From an uncultured Methanoregulaceae archaeon (GTDB taxonomy: Archaea; Halobacteriota; Methanomicrobia; Methanomicrobiales; Methanospirillaceae): a stretch of 64,000 bases of DNA. Below the pieces are notes generated by a model. It was not told the DNA's origin. It did not search any database and was given only the letters and a program-made list of their open reading frames with translations. The stretch lies in assembly GCA_963717525.1 (NCBI GenBank), contig OY970343.1, positions 256,001 through 320,000 on the forward strand, given 5' to 3'. Both the position numbers and the translations under genes were made by a program. Positions 39,269-49,640 of the stretch are shown here, piece after piece. Positions within the stretch are counted from its first letter, which is position 1; each line of letters opens with the position of its first letter.

Positions 39269-40161
39269 CTCATCACGTCCAGCAGCATGGCCATTCTCAC
39301 GGGCACACCGTTCTTCGACTGCTCGAAGTATCGGGCATGAGGCGAGGCATCCAGGCGCGGGTCGATCTCGTCCACCCTCGGGAGCGGGTGCAGGACGATC
39401 AGGTGCTCCTTTGCCCCGGCAAGGAGTTCGGGGGTGATCCGGTAGCTGGACGCGACGTTGAAGTACGAGGTCGAGTCCGGGAAGCGCTCCCTCTGGATCC
39501 TCGTGACATAGAGGACGTCCACTTCACCGATCACCTCACCGATATCGGTGTGGCTTATGATCTCCATTCCCTTTTCCGCGAGGCCTGCAGCAAGGGCAGG
39601 AGGCAGTTCGAGCCCGGGCGGGGAGATTGTATGGAGCCGGACACCGTAGAGAGAGAGGGCAGAAGCAAGCGAGTGAGCCGTCCTCCCGTACCTCAGGTCT
39701 CCCACGAGCGCGACATCTATCCCGTCGATAGGCATCGATTGCCTGATGGTATAGAGGTCAAGGAGCGTCTGCGAGGGGTGCTGGCCGGCGCCGTCACCGG
39801 CGTTTATGACGGGTACGGTCGCAAATTCTGCGGCGAGCCGGGCCGCACCCTCTTTCGGGTGGCGGATGACGATCGCGTCCGCGTACCCGCTCACCACCCG
39901 GATCGTGTCGGCAAGAGTCTCGCCCTTTGCCATCGAGCACGCCTCGACGCTGCTCACCGAGATGGAGCTCCCGCCAAGGCGTGCCATCGCGGATTCAAAG
40001 GACATCCGTGTCCGGGTGCTGGGTTCAAAAAAGAGGACGGCAAGGATCTTGCTGTTGAGGGCGTTATTATCGTATGTGTTCTTCCCGATCTGTTGTGCGT
40101 GATCCAGCAGCCGGTCGATTGCGCTGCGGTCAAAATCCCCGATGGATATGATGTGATGCGT
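39265..40161 (-). CDS. pyrB: Aspartate carbamoyltransferase catalytic subunit (start codon reads ACG)
   Basis: HIISIGDF, FFEPSTRTRMSF, HPSQTLLD, HPLPR; the frame extends to an ACG behind GGAGG. Confidence 0.95.
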   Translation of the reverse strand, partial: THHIISIGDFDRSAIDRLLDHAQQIGKNTYDNNALNSKILAVLFFEPSTRTRMSFESAMARLGGSSISVSSVEACSMAKGETLADTIRVVSGYADAIVIRHPKEGAARLAAEFATVPVINAGDGAGQHPSQTLLDLYTIRQSMPIDGIDVALVGDLRYGRTAHSLASALSLYGVRLHTISPPGLELPPALAAGLAEKGMEIISHTDIGEVIGEVDVLYVTRIQRERFPDSTSYFNVASSYRITPELLAGAKEHLIVLHPLPRVDEIDPRLDASPHARYFEQSKNGVPVRMAMLLDVMR

Positions 40162-40344
40162 GGCAACTCCTCCCGCGCGGTGTTTCCTTCAAATTATATG
40201 CACGTTCCGCCCTAATGTACCTATCTTCACGGGCCCGGGCCTCTAGGAAGGGAGCAAACGACGGCTGGCGACAAAAATGATATTATCTGATTGTTGCCCA
40301 AGTAACTAGAGAGATATACGTTTATTTTTCAAGGGACGTGAGCC

Positions 40345-41436
40345 ATGCAGATACCTGTAGCGCGGCCGGTGATTGGTCCGGATGAGGTGGCGGCCGTATC
40401 GGATGTGCTGATGTCCGGTATGCTGGCACAGGGGGAGAGGGTTGCCGAGTTCGAGCAGAAGTTTGCCGCGTACTGCGGCACCGCCCATGCGGTAGCAGTC
40501 AACAACGGGACTGCCGCCCTCCATGCGGCCTTGCTTGCGTGTGGTATTGGTTACGGAGACGAGGTGATAGTGCCGGCCTTCTCGTTTATTGCGACCGTGA
40601 CCGCAGTCTCGATGTGCGGCGCCCGACCGGTCTTTGCCGATGTGGACGAGGAGACCTTCAATATCCGCCCTGATCAGGTGAAAGAACGCATCACGCCAAA
40701 GACAAAAGCAGTCATCGGTGTCCACCTCTTCGGCCAGCCGTTCGATGTCGAACCTGTACAGGAGACCTGCGAGGCGAACAATCTTGTGCTCATCGAGGAC
40801 GCGGCACAGGCCCACGGCGCCTTGTACCATGGCGCCAAAGTGGGCAATTTCGGCCGTGCCGGGTGCTTCTCGTTCTATGCCACCAAAAACATGATCACCG
40901 GGGAGGGCGGGATGATCACCACAAGCGACAAGCCCACTGCAGACCGGCTCCGCCTTCTTGTCAACCACGGCCAGAGCGAGAAGTACCTCCACACCGTGCT
41001 TGGCTATAACTACCGGATGACCGATATCTCTGCTGCGATCGGGATTGTCCAGCTCAAAAAACTGGACAAGTTCAACCTGCGCCGGAGAAAGAACGCGGAG
41101 TACTATGCGGCAAACCTTTCGGCAAAGGGGCTTGTAAAGCCGAAGGTTGCCGGGAACGTGCAGCACGTGTACCACCAGTATGTCGTCAGGCTTACGGAAG
41201 AGTTCCCGCTCTCCCGGACAGCATTTATGGAGTATCTCAAGGCAAAAGGGATAGGGTCGGCGGTTCACTACCCCCTACCGATCCACCGCCAGCCCCTGTA
41301 CGCACCGGTAGCAGAACCCGATCCCTGCCCGGTGGCAACCCGTCTTGCAGCGACCGTGCTCTCCCTGCCGGTGCACCCGTCGCTTGACACAAAGGACCTC
41401 GCCTATATCTGCGAGACAATCAATAAGGTGAAATAA
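40345..41436 (+). CDS. DegT/DnrJ/EryC1/StrS aminotransferase (WbpE-like)
   Basis: NNGTAALH, IEDAAQAHG, SFYATKNMITGEGG, GYNYRM. Confidence 0.93.
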   Translation: MQIPVARPVIGPDEVAAVSDVLMSGMLAQGERVAEFEQKFAAYCGTAHAVAVNNGTAALHAALLACGIGYGDEVIVPAFSFIATVTAVSMCGARPVFADVDEETFNIRPDQVKERITPKTKAVIGVHLFGQPFDVEPVQETCEANNLVLIEDAAQAHGALYHGAKVGNFGRAGCFSFYATKNMITGEGGMITTSDKPTADRLRLLVNHGQSEKYLHTVLGYNYRMTDISAAIGIVQLKKLDKFNLRRRKNAEYYAANLSAKGLVKPKVAGNVQHVYHQYVVRLTEEFPLSRTAFMEYLKAKGIGSAVHYPLPIHRQPLYAPVAEPDPCPVATRLAATVLSLPVHPSLDTKDLAYICETINKVK

Positions 41437-41437
41437 C

Positions 41438-42361
41438 ATGGATGTCGGGGTTATTGGTGTCGGGACGATGGGAAGAAACCACGTCAGGGTCTATTCAGAA
41501 TTAAAAACCGTAAACCATCTCGGGGTCTGCGATATGAACGCAGAGGCTGCCGCAACGATTGGGAAGCAGCATGGCGCGACAGTGTACCCTTCGGTCGAAG
41601 AACTTCTCCGGCATGTTGATGGGGTGAGCATCTGCGTCCCGACCCCGTTCCACGCGAAGGTCGCAGGCCAGGTCTTTGCGGCAAAAAAACATACATTTAT
41701 CGAAAAACCGATCTGCGCAACGGCGGCAGAGGCACGCACGCTCATGACCGGTGCCCCAAAAGGGATCACCATCGGCGTGGGGCACATCGAGCGCTTCAAC
41801 CCGATAGTCGCAGAGATAAAAAAGATCGTGACAAAACCCTTGTATATCGAGATGAAAAGGCACAACCCGGCATCGGCCCGGGTGACGGGAAGCTCCGTGG
41901 TCGAGGACCTGATGATCCACGATATCGATATTATCATCAATGTGTTCTTCCCGAATCCCTGCCACATCTATTCCGTGGGAAATGCCGACCTGTGCAGCGT
42001 GCTCATGGAGTGCGGGGGCGTGCCTGTTGCGCTCTCGGCAAGCCGTAAGGCCTCAAAGAAGATCCGGATGATCTATATTGAGGAGGAGGACTTCACGGTT
42101 GAAGGTGACTTCATGAGCCAGGAGGTCACGATCTACCGGAAGCCCGGCCGGTACCAGTTCGAGAACGAGCGGTACGTGCAGGAGAACATCATCGAGAAGG
42201 TGATGGTTAACAAGGTCGAACCTTTGAAGGTGGAGCTTGCGACTTTCATTGATTGTGCACAGAAGCATATACCCTTCCCGGTCACACCGGAACAGGCGAT
42301 CCGCAACCTCGTGGTCAGTGAGCAGATCCGGGCCGGTTTTGCGACCAGAGCACCGGTATGA
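41438..42361 (+). CDS. Gfo/Idh/MocA oxidoreductase (WbpB-like)
   Basis: GVIGVGTMG, EKPI, GHIERFNP, DLMIHDID. Confidence 0.9.
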   Translation: MDVGVIGVGTMGRNHVRVYSELKTVNHLGVCDMNAEAAATIGKQHGATVYPSVEELLRHVDGVSICVPTPFHAKVAGQVFAAKKHTFIEKPICATAAEARTLMTGAPKGITIGVGHIERFNPIVAEIKKIVTKPLYIEMKRHNPASARVTGSSVVEDLMIHDIDIIINVFFPNPCHIYSVGNADLCSVLMECGGVPVALSASRKASKKIRMIYIEEEDFTVEGDFMSQEVTIYRKPGRYQFENERYVQENIIEKVMVNKVEPLKVELATFIDCAQKHIPFPVTPEQAIRNLVVSEQIRAGFATRAPV

Positions 42362-43788
42362 CGCTCGATGCACTGATAAAAAAACGGGGTCCGATCCGGA
42401 AAATCGGCGTGATCGGTATGGGATATGTCGGTATCCCGGCCGCCGCTCTCTTTGCCGACTCCCCGAAATTCGAGCACGTGTACGGCTTCCAGCGGGACTC
42501 GCCTTCTTCGGGATACAAGATCGCGATGCTCAACCGGGGCGAAAGCCCGCTCAAAGGGGAGGAGCCGGGGCTTGAGGCGCTGCTCAAAAAGGTCGTCGGG
42601 GTTCACAAGTTCGAGTGCACGGCCGATTTTTCCAAAATAGCAGGTCTTGACGCGGTGACCCTCTCCATCCAGACCCCGTTTCTGGACAAGGACGACCTTA
42701 TTCCCGATTTTTCGGCGTTGTACGAAGGGATCCGGAACGTGGGCCGCAATATGAGGCCCGGGATGCTTGTGGTCCTTGAATCCACGATCACCCCGGGCAC
42801 GACCATCGGCCCGGCCCGGGCGATGCTCGAAGAGGAGTCGGACCTTATTGCGGGCGTGGACTTTGCACTTGCCCACGCCCCCGAGCGGGTGATGGTGGGC
42901 CGGTTGATCAGGAATATCCGGGAGCACGACCGGGTCGTGGGCGGGATCGACCCGGCCAGTACAGCCCGGGCAGCCGAACTCTATTCACCGTTACTGACGG
43001 TCGGGAAGGTGATCCCGATGACCGCAACGGCCGCCGAGGTCACCAAGACCGCCGAGAACACCTTCCGCGACCTCCAGATCGCGGCAGCAAATGAACTGGC
43101 GCTCTATTGTGAGGCGATGGGAGTCAATTTCTACGATGTGAGGGGCGGAATCGACAGCCTCAAAGGCGAGGGGATCACCCGGGCGATGCTCTGGCCCGGG
43201 GCCGGGGTGGGCGGCCATTGCCTGACAAAAGACACCTACCACCTCGAACGCGGTGTGAAGCAGCTGGGAAAGGACATTCTCGACTACCCCGAAAAAGAAC
43301 CCTCTCTCTTTGTGCTTGCCCGCACCATCAACGACTTCATGCCACGGCACATGCTCCGGCTTACATCAGATGGCCTTGCCCGGGCAGGTACTCCGATAAG
43401 AGGGGCAAAGATCGCACTCCTTGGCTGGGCATTCCTTGCCAATTCCGACGATACGAGGAACACCCCCTCCGGACCGTTCCGCGATTACCTGATCGCCGCC
43501 GGGACTACGGTCACCGTCCATGACCCCCACGTCGGGCATGCCCCGGGCCTGAGCCTGACCCCCTCGCATGAGGAGGCTATCCGGGGAGCGGATGCCGTGG
43601 TCGTCTTTGCCGGCCACCGCCAGTACCGCTCGCTCGACCCACGGCAGGTCAAGGCTTTGACCAGAAAGGAGCACCCGGTCATTGTGGATGGCAGGAATAT
43701 CATCGACCCTGATGCCTGGATCGGCGCCGGGTTCATCTACAAAGGGATCGGGCGGGGTGACAAGAACAACCATCCCATAAAAGATTAA
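42358..43788 (+). CDS. UDP-sugar (UDP-GlcNAc/ManNAc) dehydrogenase family
   Basis: GVIGMGYVG, ESTITPGTT, HAPER, KTAENTFRD, GVGGHCL. Confidence 0.92.
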   Translation: MTLDALIKKRGPIRKIGVIGMGYVGIPAAALFADSPKFEHVYGFQRDSPSSGYKIAMLNRGESPLKGEEPGLEALLKKVVGVHKFECTADFSKIAGLDAVTLSIQTPFLDKDDLIPDFSALYEGIRNVGRNMRPGMLVVLESTITPGTTIGPARAMLEEESDLIAGVDFALAHAPERVMVGRLIRNIREHDRVVGGIDPASTARAAELYSPLLTVGKVIPMTATAAEVTKTAENTFRDLQIAAANELALYCEAMGVNFYDVRGGIDSLKGEGITRAMLWPGAGVGGHCLTKDTYHLERGVKQLGKDILDYPEKEPSLFVLARTINDFMPRHMLRLTSDGLARAGTPIRGAKIALLGWAFLANSDDTRNTPSGPFRDYLIAAGTTVTVHDPHVGHAPGLSLTPSHEEAIRGADAVVVFAGHRQYRSLDPRQVKALTRKEHPVIVDGRNIIDPDAWIGAGFIYKGIGRGDKNNHPIKD

Positions 43789-43842
43789 TTCCCCGGCAGG
43801 GATACGTGGCCAGCCACCGGGGCCGGGTTTTCCGTGCCCGTT

Positions 43843-44568
43843 TTATTTCCTTGCGATCGTGATGTACCCTGAGTGGCTCACGCTCGTTGAGGGCCGGGTC
43901 CCGCGTTTTGACCGGGTCATCTCGCGCTCGATCAACTCATGGGTGTGGACCTCGGGGAAGCGTGCCTGCGCCGCGTCCACCACGATTGCCATCTGTTCCA
44001 GAAACGGTGTGTAGCAGGCAAGGTAGCCCCCCGCACGGAGGTGGTCATAGGCGAATGCCACATGTTCAGTTGCGATCTGCAGGTCGAGGTGGATCACGTC
44101 ATAGATGCCTTCAGCGGTGAGAACATCGGCGGCTACTGCTTCCACGTTGTCGAGTTTGGCCTCTTTGATGTTTTTTAGAGCCAGCGCGGAGAAATCAGGC
44201 CTGATTTCGTATGTCTTCACGTGCGCTGCGATCCCGCCAAAATAGATTGCCGCGATCCCGCTGCCCGTCCCCGCATCGAGAACCTCGTCGCTCCGGTTCA
44301 TGCCGGTGTACGCGATCACGAGGCCGATATCCTTAGGGAGCATCGGGGCGCCGGAGCGCTTGCCATGCACGAAAAAGTCCGTGGGCCGGGGAATGCGGAG
44401 CACGAACTGTGCCCCGGTGTGGGTGGTAAATACATCGCCCGGCGCTGCCCCCACCAGCTGGGCAAGATCGAGCTGGCCCTTATCGGTCGAAAGCGTGCCC
44501 GGGCCTGCCCGGATAAAAAATTCCCGCCCCTCACCGACCAAAAGGACACGGTCGCCGGTTTCAATCAT
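43843..44568 (-). CDS. trmI: tRNA (adenine57/58-N1)-methyltransferase
   Basis: PMLPKDIG, VLDAGTGSG, GTRPST..SHSGYI. Confidence 0.88.
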   Translation of the reverse strand: MIETGDRVLLVGEGREFFIRAGPGTLSTDKGQLDLAQLVGAAPGDVFTTHTGAQFVLRIPRPTDFFVHGKRSGAPMLPKDIGLVIAYTGMNRSDEVLDAGTGSGIAAIYFGGIAAHVKTYEIRPDFSALALKNIKEAKLDNVEAVAADVLTAEGIYDVIHLDLQIATEHVAFAYDHLRAGGYLACYTPFLEQMAIVVDAAQARFPEVHTHELIEREMTRSKRGTRPSTSVSHSGYITIARK

Positions 44569-44907
44569 GGCGAGGAGAGTTTCACGATCGCTTCTGCAAT
44601 ATCGCCTTTGGTCGCGACAAGGGCTTCCTTTGCCTTCTCGACCGGCACCTGCGCCTGTTCGGCGACCATGGCAATATCCTCAGGCAGGAATCTCAACGGC
44701 TGTCTCTTCAAAGTGCGGCTTACCGGTGATCTGGTAGGTCGTGACACCCTGCATGGTCATCTCCGTCACTTCGGAGGGGCCAAACACCCAGTTGCCTTTC
44801 GGCGTCTTTATGACAATACTCTGGACGTCTTCAATCGTCTCGACCTGCATGCCGAGCTTCTTCATCATCGCCTTCATCTGCCGTGGATTGATGTTTCCCG
44901 GAAGCAT
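44565..44907 (-). CDS. nac: Nascent polypeptide-associated complex protein (frameshift near 44690)
   Basis: NPRQMKAMMKKLGM...TYQITG and UBA tail EDIAMVAEQA...GDIAEAI in the next frame. Confidence 0.88.
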
Positions 44908-45385
44908 TCTTCGCACTCCCCTGCCGTACTCTTACCGCTGCACCGTAATTAAATGCAATCATCTCCGCTCCTGAAAGGAGCGCAGCGCCGCAGGCAACGA
45001 GCCGATCGCCGCCCGCGACCACCAGCACGTCATCCCCCGCGCGGATCTGCGGGTCGGCCGCGACCACGTGTTTTGAAAACGCGTTCTTTCCCTGCGCCAC
45101 AAACTCTGCCACATCGTCACGGATCACGACCCGGTAGCCGGGTGTCGGGAGGATCGCATGAAGCCGGCGTGCCCCCTCCATCCCGAGCGTGAGCCTGCCG
45201 TCCGAGGCCCGGATCGTTGCAAGCCGCACGCCCCCGAACAGGATCTGCCGGACACGTCCCGTCGTCGAGAGGAGGAATTCGCAGCCCTCGGGAAAGAGCC
45301 CGGTTCCCACAAGGCTCCCGAACTGGTAGTCAGCAATCGCCTGCACCCTGCGAAGCGAACTGTTCTCCGAGTATCCTGTTGACAC
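44831..45385 (-). CDS. PUA-domain protein (archaeosine TGT C-terminal-like)
   Basis: IADYQFG, TGRVRQI, GKNAFSKHV..ADPQIRAGDDVLVV; the GTG start is inferred. Confidence 0.8.
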   Translation of the reverse strand: MSTGYSENSSLRRVQAIADYQFGSLVGTGLFPEGCEFLLSTTGRVRQILFGGVRLATIRASDGRLTLGMEGARRLHAILPTPGYRVVIRDDVAEFVAQGKNAFSKHVVAADPQIRAGDDVLVVAGGDRLVACGAALLSGAEMIAFNYGAAVRVRQGSAKNASGKHQSTADEGDDEEARHAGRDD

Positions 45386-46730
45386 GGTTGACAAACTCCT
45401 GTTCTGCGGATTTGGGGATAAACGCTCCGGCCGCGATCTTGTGCCCCCCGCCCCCGCCGCCGTACTCAGCCGAGGCATCGCTGATAGCCTTCTGGAGGTC
45501 GATCCCCTTTTCAATGATCCGTTCGGTTGTGCGCATCGAGATCTTGGTGAGGTTCTTGTCCTCGGGAACTTCGCACATGATCAGGATGGGTTTTTTACTG
45601 TTTAACTTCGAGAGCGCCATACCCGCGCCGATACCCACGATGGTATCCGGGAACTTCCCCCCGACGTGGAGGTACTGGACGTTCTCGAGTTCGGTGACTC
45701 CTGTTTCGATAATGTACTGGAGCAGATTTCGTATGATCGCACGGTGGTTGCCGAGCATGTGTTCAGCCTCCCGGTAGGCCGTGCCCCGGTCTCCTTTGAG
45801 GATCGCACTCCCGACCGCCGGTTTTGTCCACCGGCCGCAGGCATTGAGGAGCGTTGCGTACTCCTGAGCGTTCCGCAGCGGTGTCCGCGGGATCTCGTCC
45901 GGGAACCGGTAGGTCTCTGCGAGGAGCCGGTCCACGCTCTCGCCGTTAGCGATCAGCTGCTCGGCCAGCGCGGACGTTATCGTGCGCCGGTACTCATCGG
46001 AGAGTTCCTCCCAGACATACCAGCGCCCGTCCGGGGTCTGCTGGACAATGCCCAGCTTTTTCAGGAACTGCCGTGCCCCCTCGGGGTTGTTGCTGATCCC
46101 TTTGATGAACGGGTCGTCGTTATAGGCAAGCGAGAGGTGGACCGGCCGGGTCGCGGTGCCGTAGCAGTTGAGGTCTTTTTTGCAGACCTTCACCGACCGG
46201 TGCCGGACACCGTCCTCCACAATCAGGTCGCGGGCCGGGCCGACCAGCCCGCAGGTCTCCCGGGCCATCATGTCCCCGACATTCCCGATCACCGCGATCT
46301 TCGCGAGGTCGATGTTTGCTTCGTCCATCTGCTTTGCGATGAGATAGGAGACACCGGCAGCGCTCATCTTCGTGTACCCGTACGGGAGGCAGTTGACCTG
46401 CGGATACGTGACATCGCCGGGCTGGCTGACATGGTGGTCGACAATCAGCACATCCTTCTCTTTGAGCCCCCGCCCGGCAAGGAGATTCTGCTGGCCGGCA
46501 CCGAGATCCGTGAATACCTTGAACGACTCATCATCAGGCACCTGCGGCATGGTGAGCGGTTCAAGCTGCCGGACAAAAACGGAACGGACACAAATCCCGT
46601 GGCGGGAGATGGCCTGTGAGAGGATCGCTTCACTGGAGATGCCATCCGCATCGATGTGGGAGATGATGGTTATCTCGTGCGCAGCCGTGATCTGCTCGGC
46701 AGCCGCCTTCACATCATCGTTAAAACCCAT
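45330..46730 (-). CDS. DHH-family RecJ-like phosphoesterase
   Basis: SHIDADG, DLG, DHH, GGGGGHKIAAG (DHHA1). Confidence 0.92.
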   Translation of the reverse strand: MGFNDDVKAAAEQITAAHEITIISHIDADGISSEAILSQAISRHGICVRSVFVRQLEPLTMPQVPDDESFKVFTDLGAGQQNLLAGRGLKEKDVLIVDHHVSQPGDVTYPQVNCLPYGYTKMSAAGVSYLIAKQMDEANIDLAKIAVIGNVGDMMARETCGLVGPARDLIVEDGVRHRSVKVCKKDLNCYGTATRPVHLSLAYNDDPFIKGISNNPEGARQFLKKLGIVQQTPDGRWYVWEELSDEYRRTITSALAEQLIANGESVDRLLAETYRFPDEIPRTPLRNAQEYATLLNACGRWTKPAVGSAILKGDRGTAYREAEHMLGNHRAIIRNLLQYIIETGVTELENVQYLHVGGKFPDTIVGIGAGMALSKLNSKKPILIMCEVPEDKNLTKISMRTTERIIEKGIDLQKAISDASAEYGGGGGGHKIAAGAFIPKSAEQEFVNRVNRILGEQFASQGAGDC

Positions 46731-46771
46731 TACCTATTATTTATGGAGTCAATACAGATGAAGTGTGTCAT

Positions 46772-48196
46772 ATGTTTGACCTGTCATCCTGTGCAGAAGA
46801 GTTCCTTGAGGACGGGATCATCACTCATGAGCGGATGCGTGCGGTGGATGCAAACGCGCAGGCGCTTGGGGTGACCGGCCTCCAGCTGATGGAGAGCGCG
46901 GGGAAGGCCCTTGCGGCATCCGTTCTAGCACTTCGCCCAAAAGTCGTGCTTATCCTCTGCGGCCGGGGCAACAACGGGGGTGACGGCATGGTTGCGGCCC
47001 GGTACCTCCAGCGCGGGGTGGACACCACGGTCTGGTATCTTGATAACGGCACGCGTACTCCTTCCTGTGCTCACCAGCTTGCGGCACTCAAAGGCTGCCG
47101 GGTGACGCTCCACCCGTTTGTATCCACTGATGACCTCCGGATCCTTGCCCCCTGCATTGGTGAAGCGGATGTGATCGTTGACGCCCTGCTCGGGACCGGG
47201 GCAGCAGGAACGCTTAAAGAACCGCTGGCGACCTGCGTGGAGATGGCCAACACGTCACGGGCAAAAATTATTGCGGCAGACGTGCCCTCTCCTGGTATGC
47301 GGGCTGACCGGATCTGCGCGTTCCACCGGCCCAAGGTAAAGGGATCGGATATTATCGATATCGGGATCCCCTTCGGGGCAGAAGTCTGCACCGGGCCGGG
47401 AGAGCTGACGCTTATCCCGGTACGGAGCAGGACCAGCCACAAGGGTGTAGGAGGCGAAGTGCTCGTGATCGGCGGCGGGCCGTACCAGGGTGCCCCCTAC
47501 CTTGCCGGCCTCGGGGCATTGCGGGCCGGGGCGGACATCGTCAGGATCGCATCGCCGGTCTTTGAGCCGGTACCGGACCTTATCTACGAACGCCTGTTCG
47601 GGGATCGGATCGGGGAGGAGCACACGGAACGGCTCATCGCGCTCGCTGAGCATGCGGACGTGGTGGTCTGCGGGAACGGGCTTGGCCTGGAGAGCCACGG
47701 GGTGGTGCTCGCGGTTGCCCCCTATTGTAAAAAGGTGGTCTTCGATGCCGATGCTCTCCGGCTGCCGCTCCCGAAAGCAGCACAGGAGACGCTGTACACC
47801 CCGCATGCCGGTGAGTTTGCCCGGATCGCGGGCAGGTATCCGATTCCCGGTGATGCAGCCGATGCATGCGGCAGGGCCCGGGCAGCAAAACTGTCGGCAA
47901 AGGATCTGGGGGCTACAATCCTCCTCAAAGGGCCGGTGGATATCATCACGGACGGACGCCGGGTCAGGTTTAACCGGACCGGTGATCCGGCTATGAGCGT
48001 TGGCGGGACCGGGGATGTGCTGGCCGGTGTCTGCGGCGCCCTCCTCTGCCACCTCCCGGCCTTCGAGGCGGCCTGCATCGCTGCGTACGTGACCGGCCGG
48101 GCTGGGGAGCGCGTGGCAGAAAAGAGGGGAGAGGGCATGCTTGCCTCTGATCTTGTGGACCGCATCCCGGAAGAGCTGTTCAGGAGGCATACATAA
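46772..48196 (+). CDS. nnr: Bifunctional NAD(P)HX epimerase/dehydratase
   Basis: LMESAG, GRGNNGGDG, DALLGTG, HKG..G, TPHAGEF, GGTGDVLAG. Confidence 0.92.
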   Translation: MFDLSSCAEEFLEDGIITHERMRAVDANAQALGVTGLQLMESAGKALAASVLALRPKVVLILCGRGNNGGDGMVAARYLQRGVDTTVWYLDNGTRTPSCAHQLAALKGCRVTLHPFVSTDDLRILAPCIGEADVIVDALLGTGAAGTLKEPLATCVEMANTSRAKIIAADVPSPGMRADRICAFHRPKVKGSDIIDIGIPFGAEVCTGPGELTLIPVRSRTSHKGVGGEVLVIGGGPYQGAPYLAGLGALRAGADIVRIASPVFEPVPDLIYERLFGDRIGEEHTERLIALAEHADVVVCGNGLGLESHGVVLAVAPYCKKVVFDADALRLPLPKAAQETLYTPHAGEFARIAGRYPIPGDAADACGRARAAKLSAKDLGATILLKGPVDIITDGRRVRFNRTGDPAMSVGGTGDVLAGVCGALLCHLPAFEAACIAAYVTGRAGERVAEKRGEGMLASDLVDRIPEELFRRHT

Positions 48197-48663
48197 TGGT
48201 GAAATTTACCCATATTTCGGATGGCAGGGCACAGATGGTGGATATCAGCGCGAAGTCCGACGTCGTGCGCGAAGCGGTGGCTACCGGGAAGATCTACCTT
48301 CGGCCGGCCACCCTCGCGGCGATCCGTGAGGGGATCGTTGTCAAGGGAAACGTGCTTGCCACGGCCCGGGTGGCTGCCACCCTCGCGGTAAAAGAGACGG
48401 CCCGGATAATCCCGATGTGCCACACCATCCAGCTTGGCGCAATCGCGGTTGACTTTAAGGAAGGCGACGGGTTTATCGAAGCGGTTGTCAGGGCAAAATC
48501 TACGGGCAAGACCGGGGTCGAGATGGAGGCCCTGACCGGTGTCTCGGTCGCGCTCCTCACCATCTGGGACATGGTCAAATCCGCAGAAAAAGACGAAAAC
48601 GGCCAGTACCCGGTCACACGGATCGAAGGTATCCGTGTTGTGGAAAAGAAGAAGGGGAAGTAA
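48196..48663 (+). CDS. moaC: Cyclic pyranopterin monophosphate synthase
   Basis: QMVDIS.K, KGNVL, IPMCH, TGVEMEALTG, WDMVKS. Confidence 0.96.
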   Translation: MVKFTHISDGRAQMVDISAKSDVVREAVATGKIYLRPATLAAIREGIVVKGNVLATARVAATLAVKETARIIPMCHTIQLGAIAVDFKEGDGFIEAVVRAKSTGKTGVEMEALTGVSVALLTIWDMVKSAEKDENGQYPVTRIEGIRVVEKKKGK

Positions 48664-48695
48664 ATCACATCCTCTTCGATGATTTTTTAATTAAT

Positions 48696-48855
48696 AACGC
48701 TCTTGGGGGCTAAAGCCCCCGCCGCTGTGGCATCCCACGGCACGATGCTCTACACGCAAAACGCCTCGTCGGGTTTTGCGCTAGCTATTACCTGTTTATC
48801 AGGACAAAACAGGTAATGAGGCCGCCGCGGGGGCGCCCCTTCGGGGGCGGCGGCA
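48696..48855. repeat. GC-rich multi-hairpin intergenic repeat, copy 2
   Basis: Homologous to 5125-5304 with conserved stems and variable loops. Confidence 0.8.
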
Positions 48856-49017
48856 GGCCGTTACAGGGAAACTTAAACAACAACTCTTGTTTAAAGAGTC
48901 CCGTGCAGCGCCGCGTACTTTAATACCCTCCCTGTCCAATTCTATAGAACTACGGGATCCGTCCCGTTCTAAAGGAATGTAGCCCGCGATGGGCCGAACC
49001 TTGAGGTGTTATAACAG

Positions 49018-49608
49018 ATGGTAAAATCGATGTATGCGTATGTCAGGGATGCGTGGGCGAGACCTGACAAGTCCGAAGTAAAAGCCATGCTCTGGGACCG
49101 GATGCAGGAGTGGCGCCGCGAAGGCAGTGTCACCCGTATCGAACGTCCGACCCGTATCGACCGCGCCCGCTCTCTCGGGTACAAGGCCAAGCAGGGGATT
49201 GCAGTTGTCCGGGTCCATGTTCGCCGCGGTGGCCGCCGCAGTTCCCGGTACGTCCGGGCCCGCCGGTCCGCACGTATGGGTAAGAACCGGAGCACGCCGG
49301 GAAAAAGCATCCAGCGGATCGCCGAGGAACGCGCATCCGGCCGGTACCCGAACATGGAAGTGCTCAATTGGTACTGGGTCGGCCAGGATGGCAAGCTGAA
49401 GTACTACGAAGTTATCCTCGTTGACGGTCACCACCCCTCGATCCGGAGCGACAAGAACCTCGCATGGCTTGCAAACCCGACCCACCGTGGCCGTGCAGAG
49501 CGGGGCAAAACCTCGGCAGGCCGGAAGGGCCGTGGCATGAGGACCCGGGGCCGGGGTACCGAGAAGACCCGCCCGAGCATCCGCTCCCATGCCAACCAGG
49601 GCAAATAA
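49018..49608 (+). CDS. rpl15e: 50S ribosomal protein L15e
   Basis: [42 protein letters not shown]. Confidence 0.97.
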   Translation: MVKSMYAYVRDAWARPDKSEVKAMLWDRMQEWRREGSVTRIERPTRIDRARSLGYKAKQGIAVVRVHVRRGGRRSSRYVRARRSARMGKNRSTPGKSIQRIAEERASGRYPNMEVLNWYWVGQDGKLKYYEVILVDGHHPSIRSDKNLAWLANPTHRGRAERGKTSAGRKGRGMRTRGRGTEKTRPSIRSHANQGK

Positions 49609-49640
49609 TCTTATCCTTTTTTCCCGCTAAGGGTATCTTC

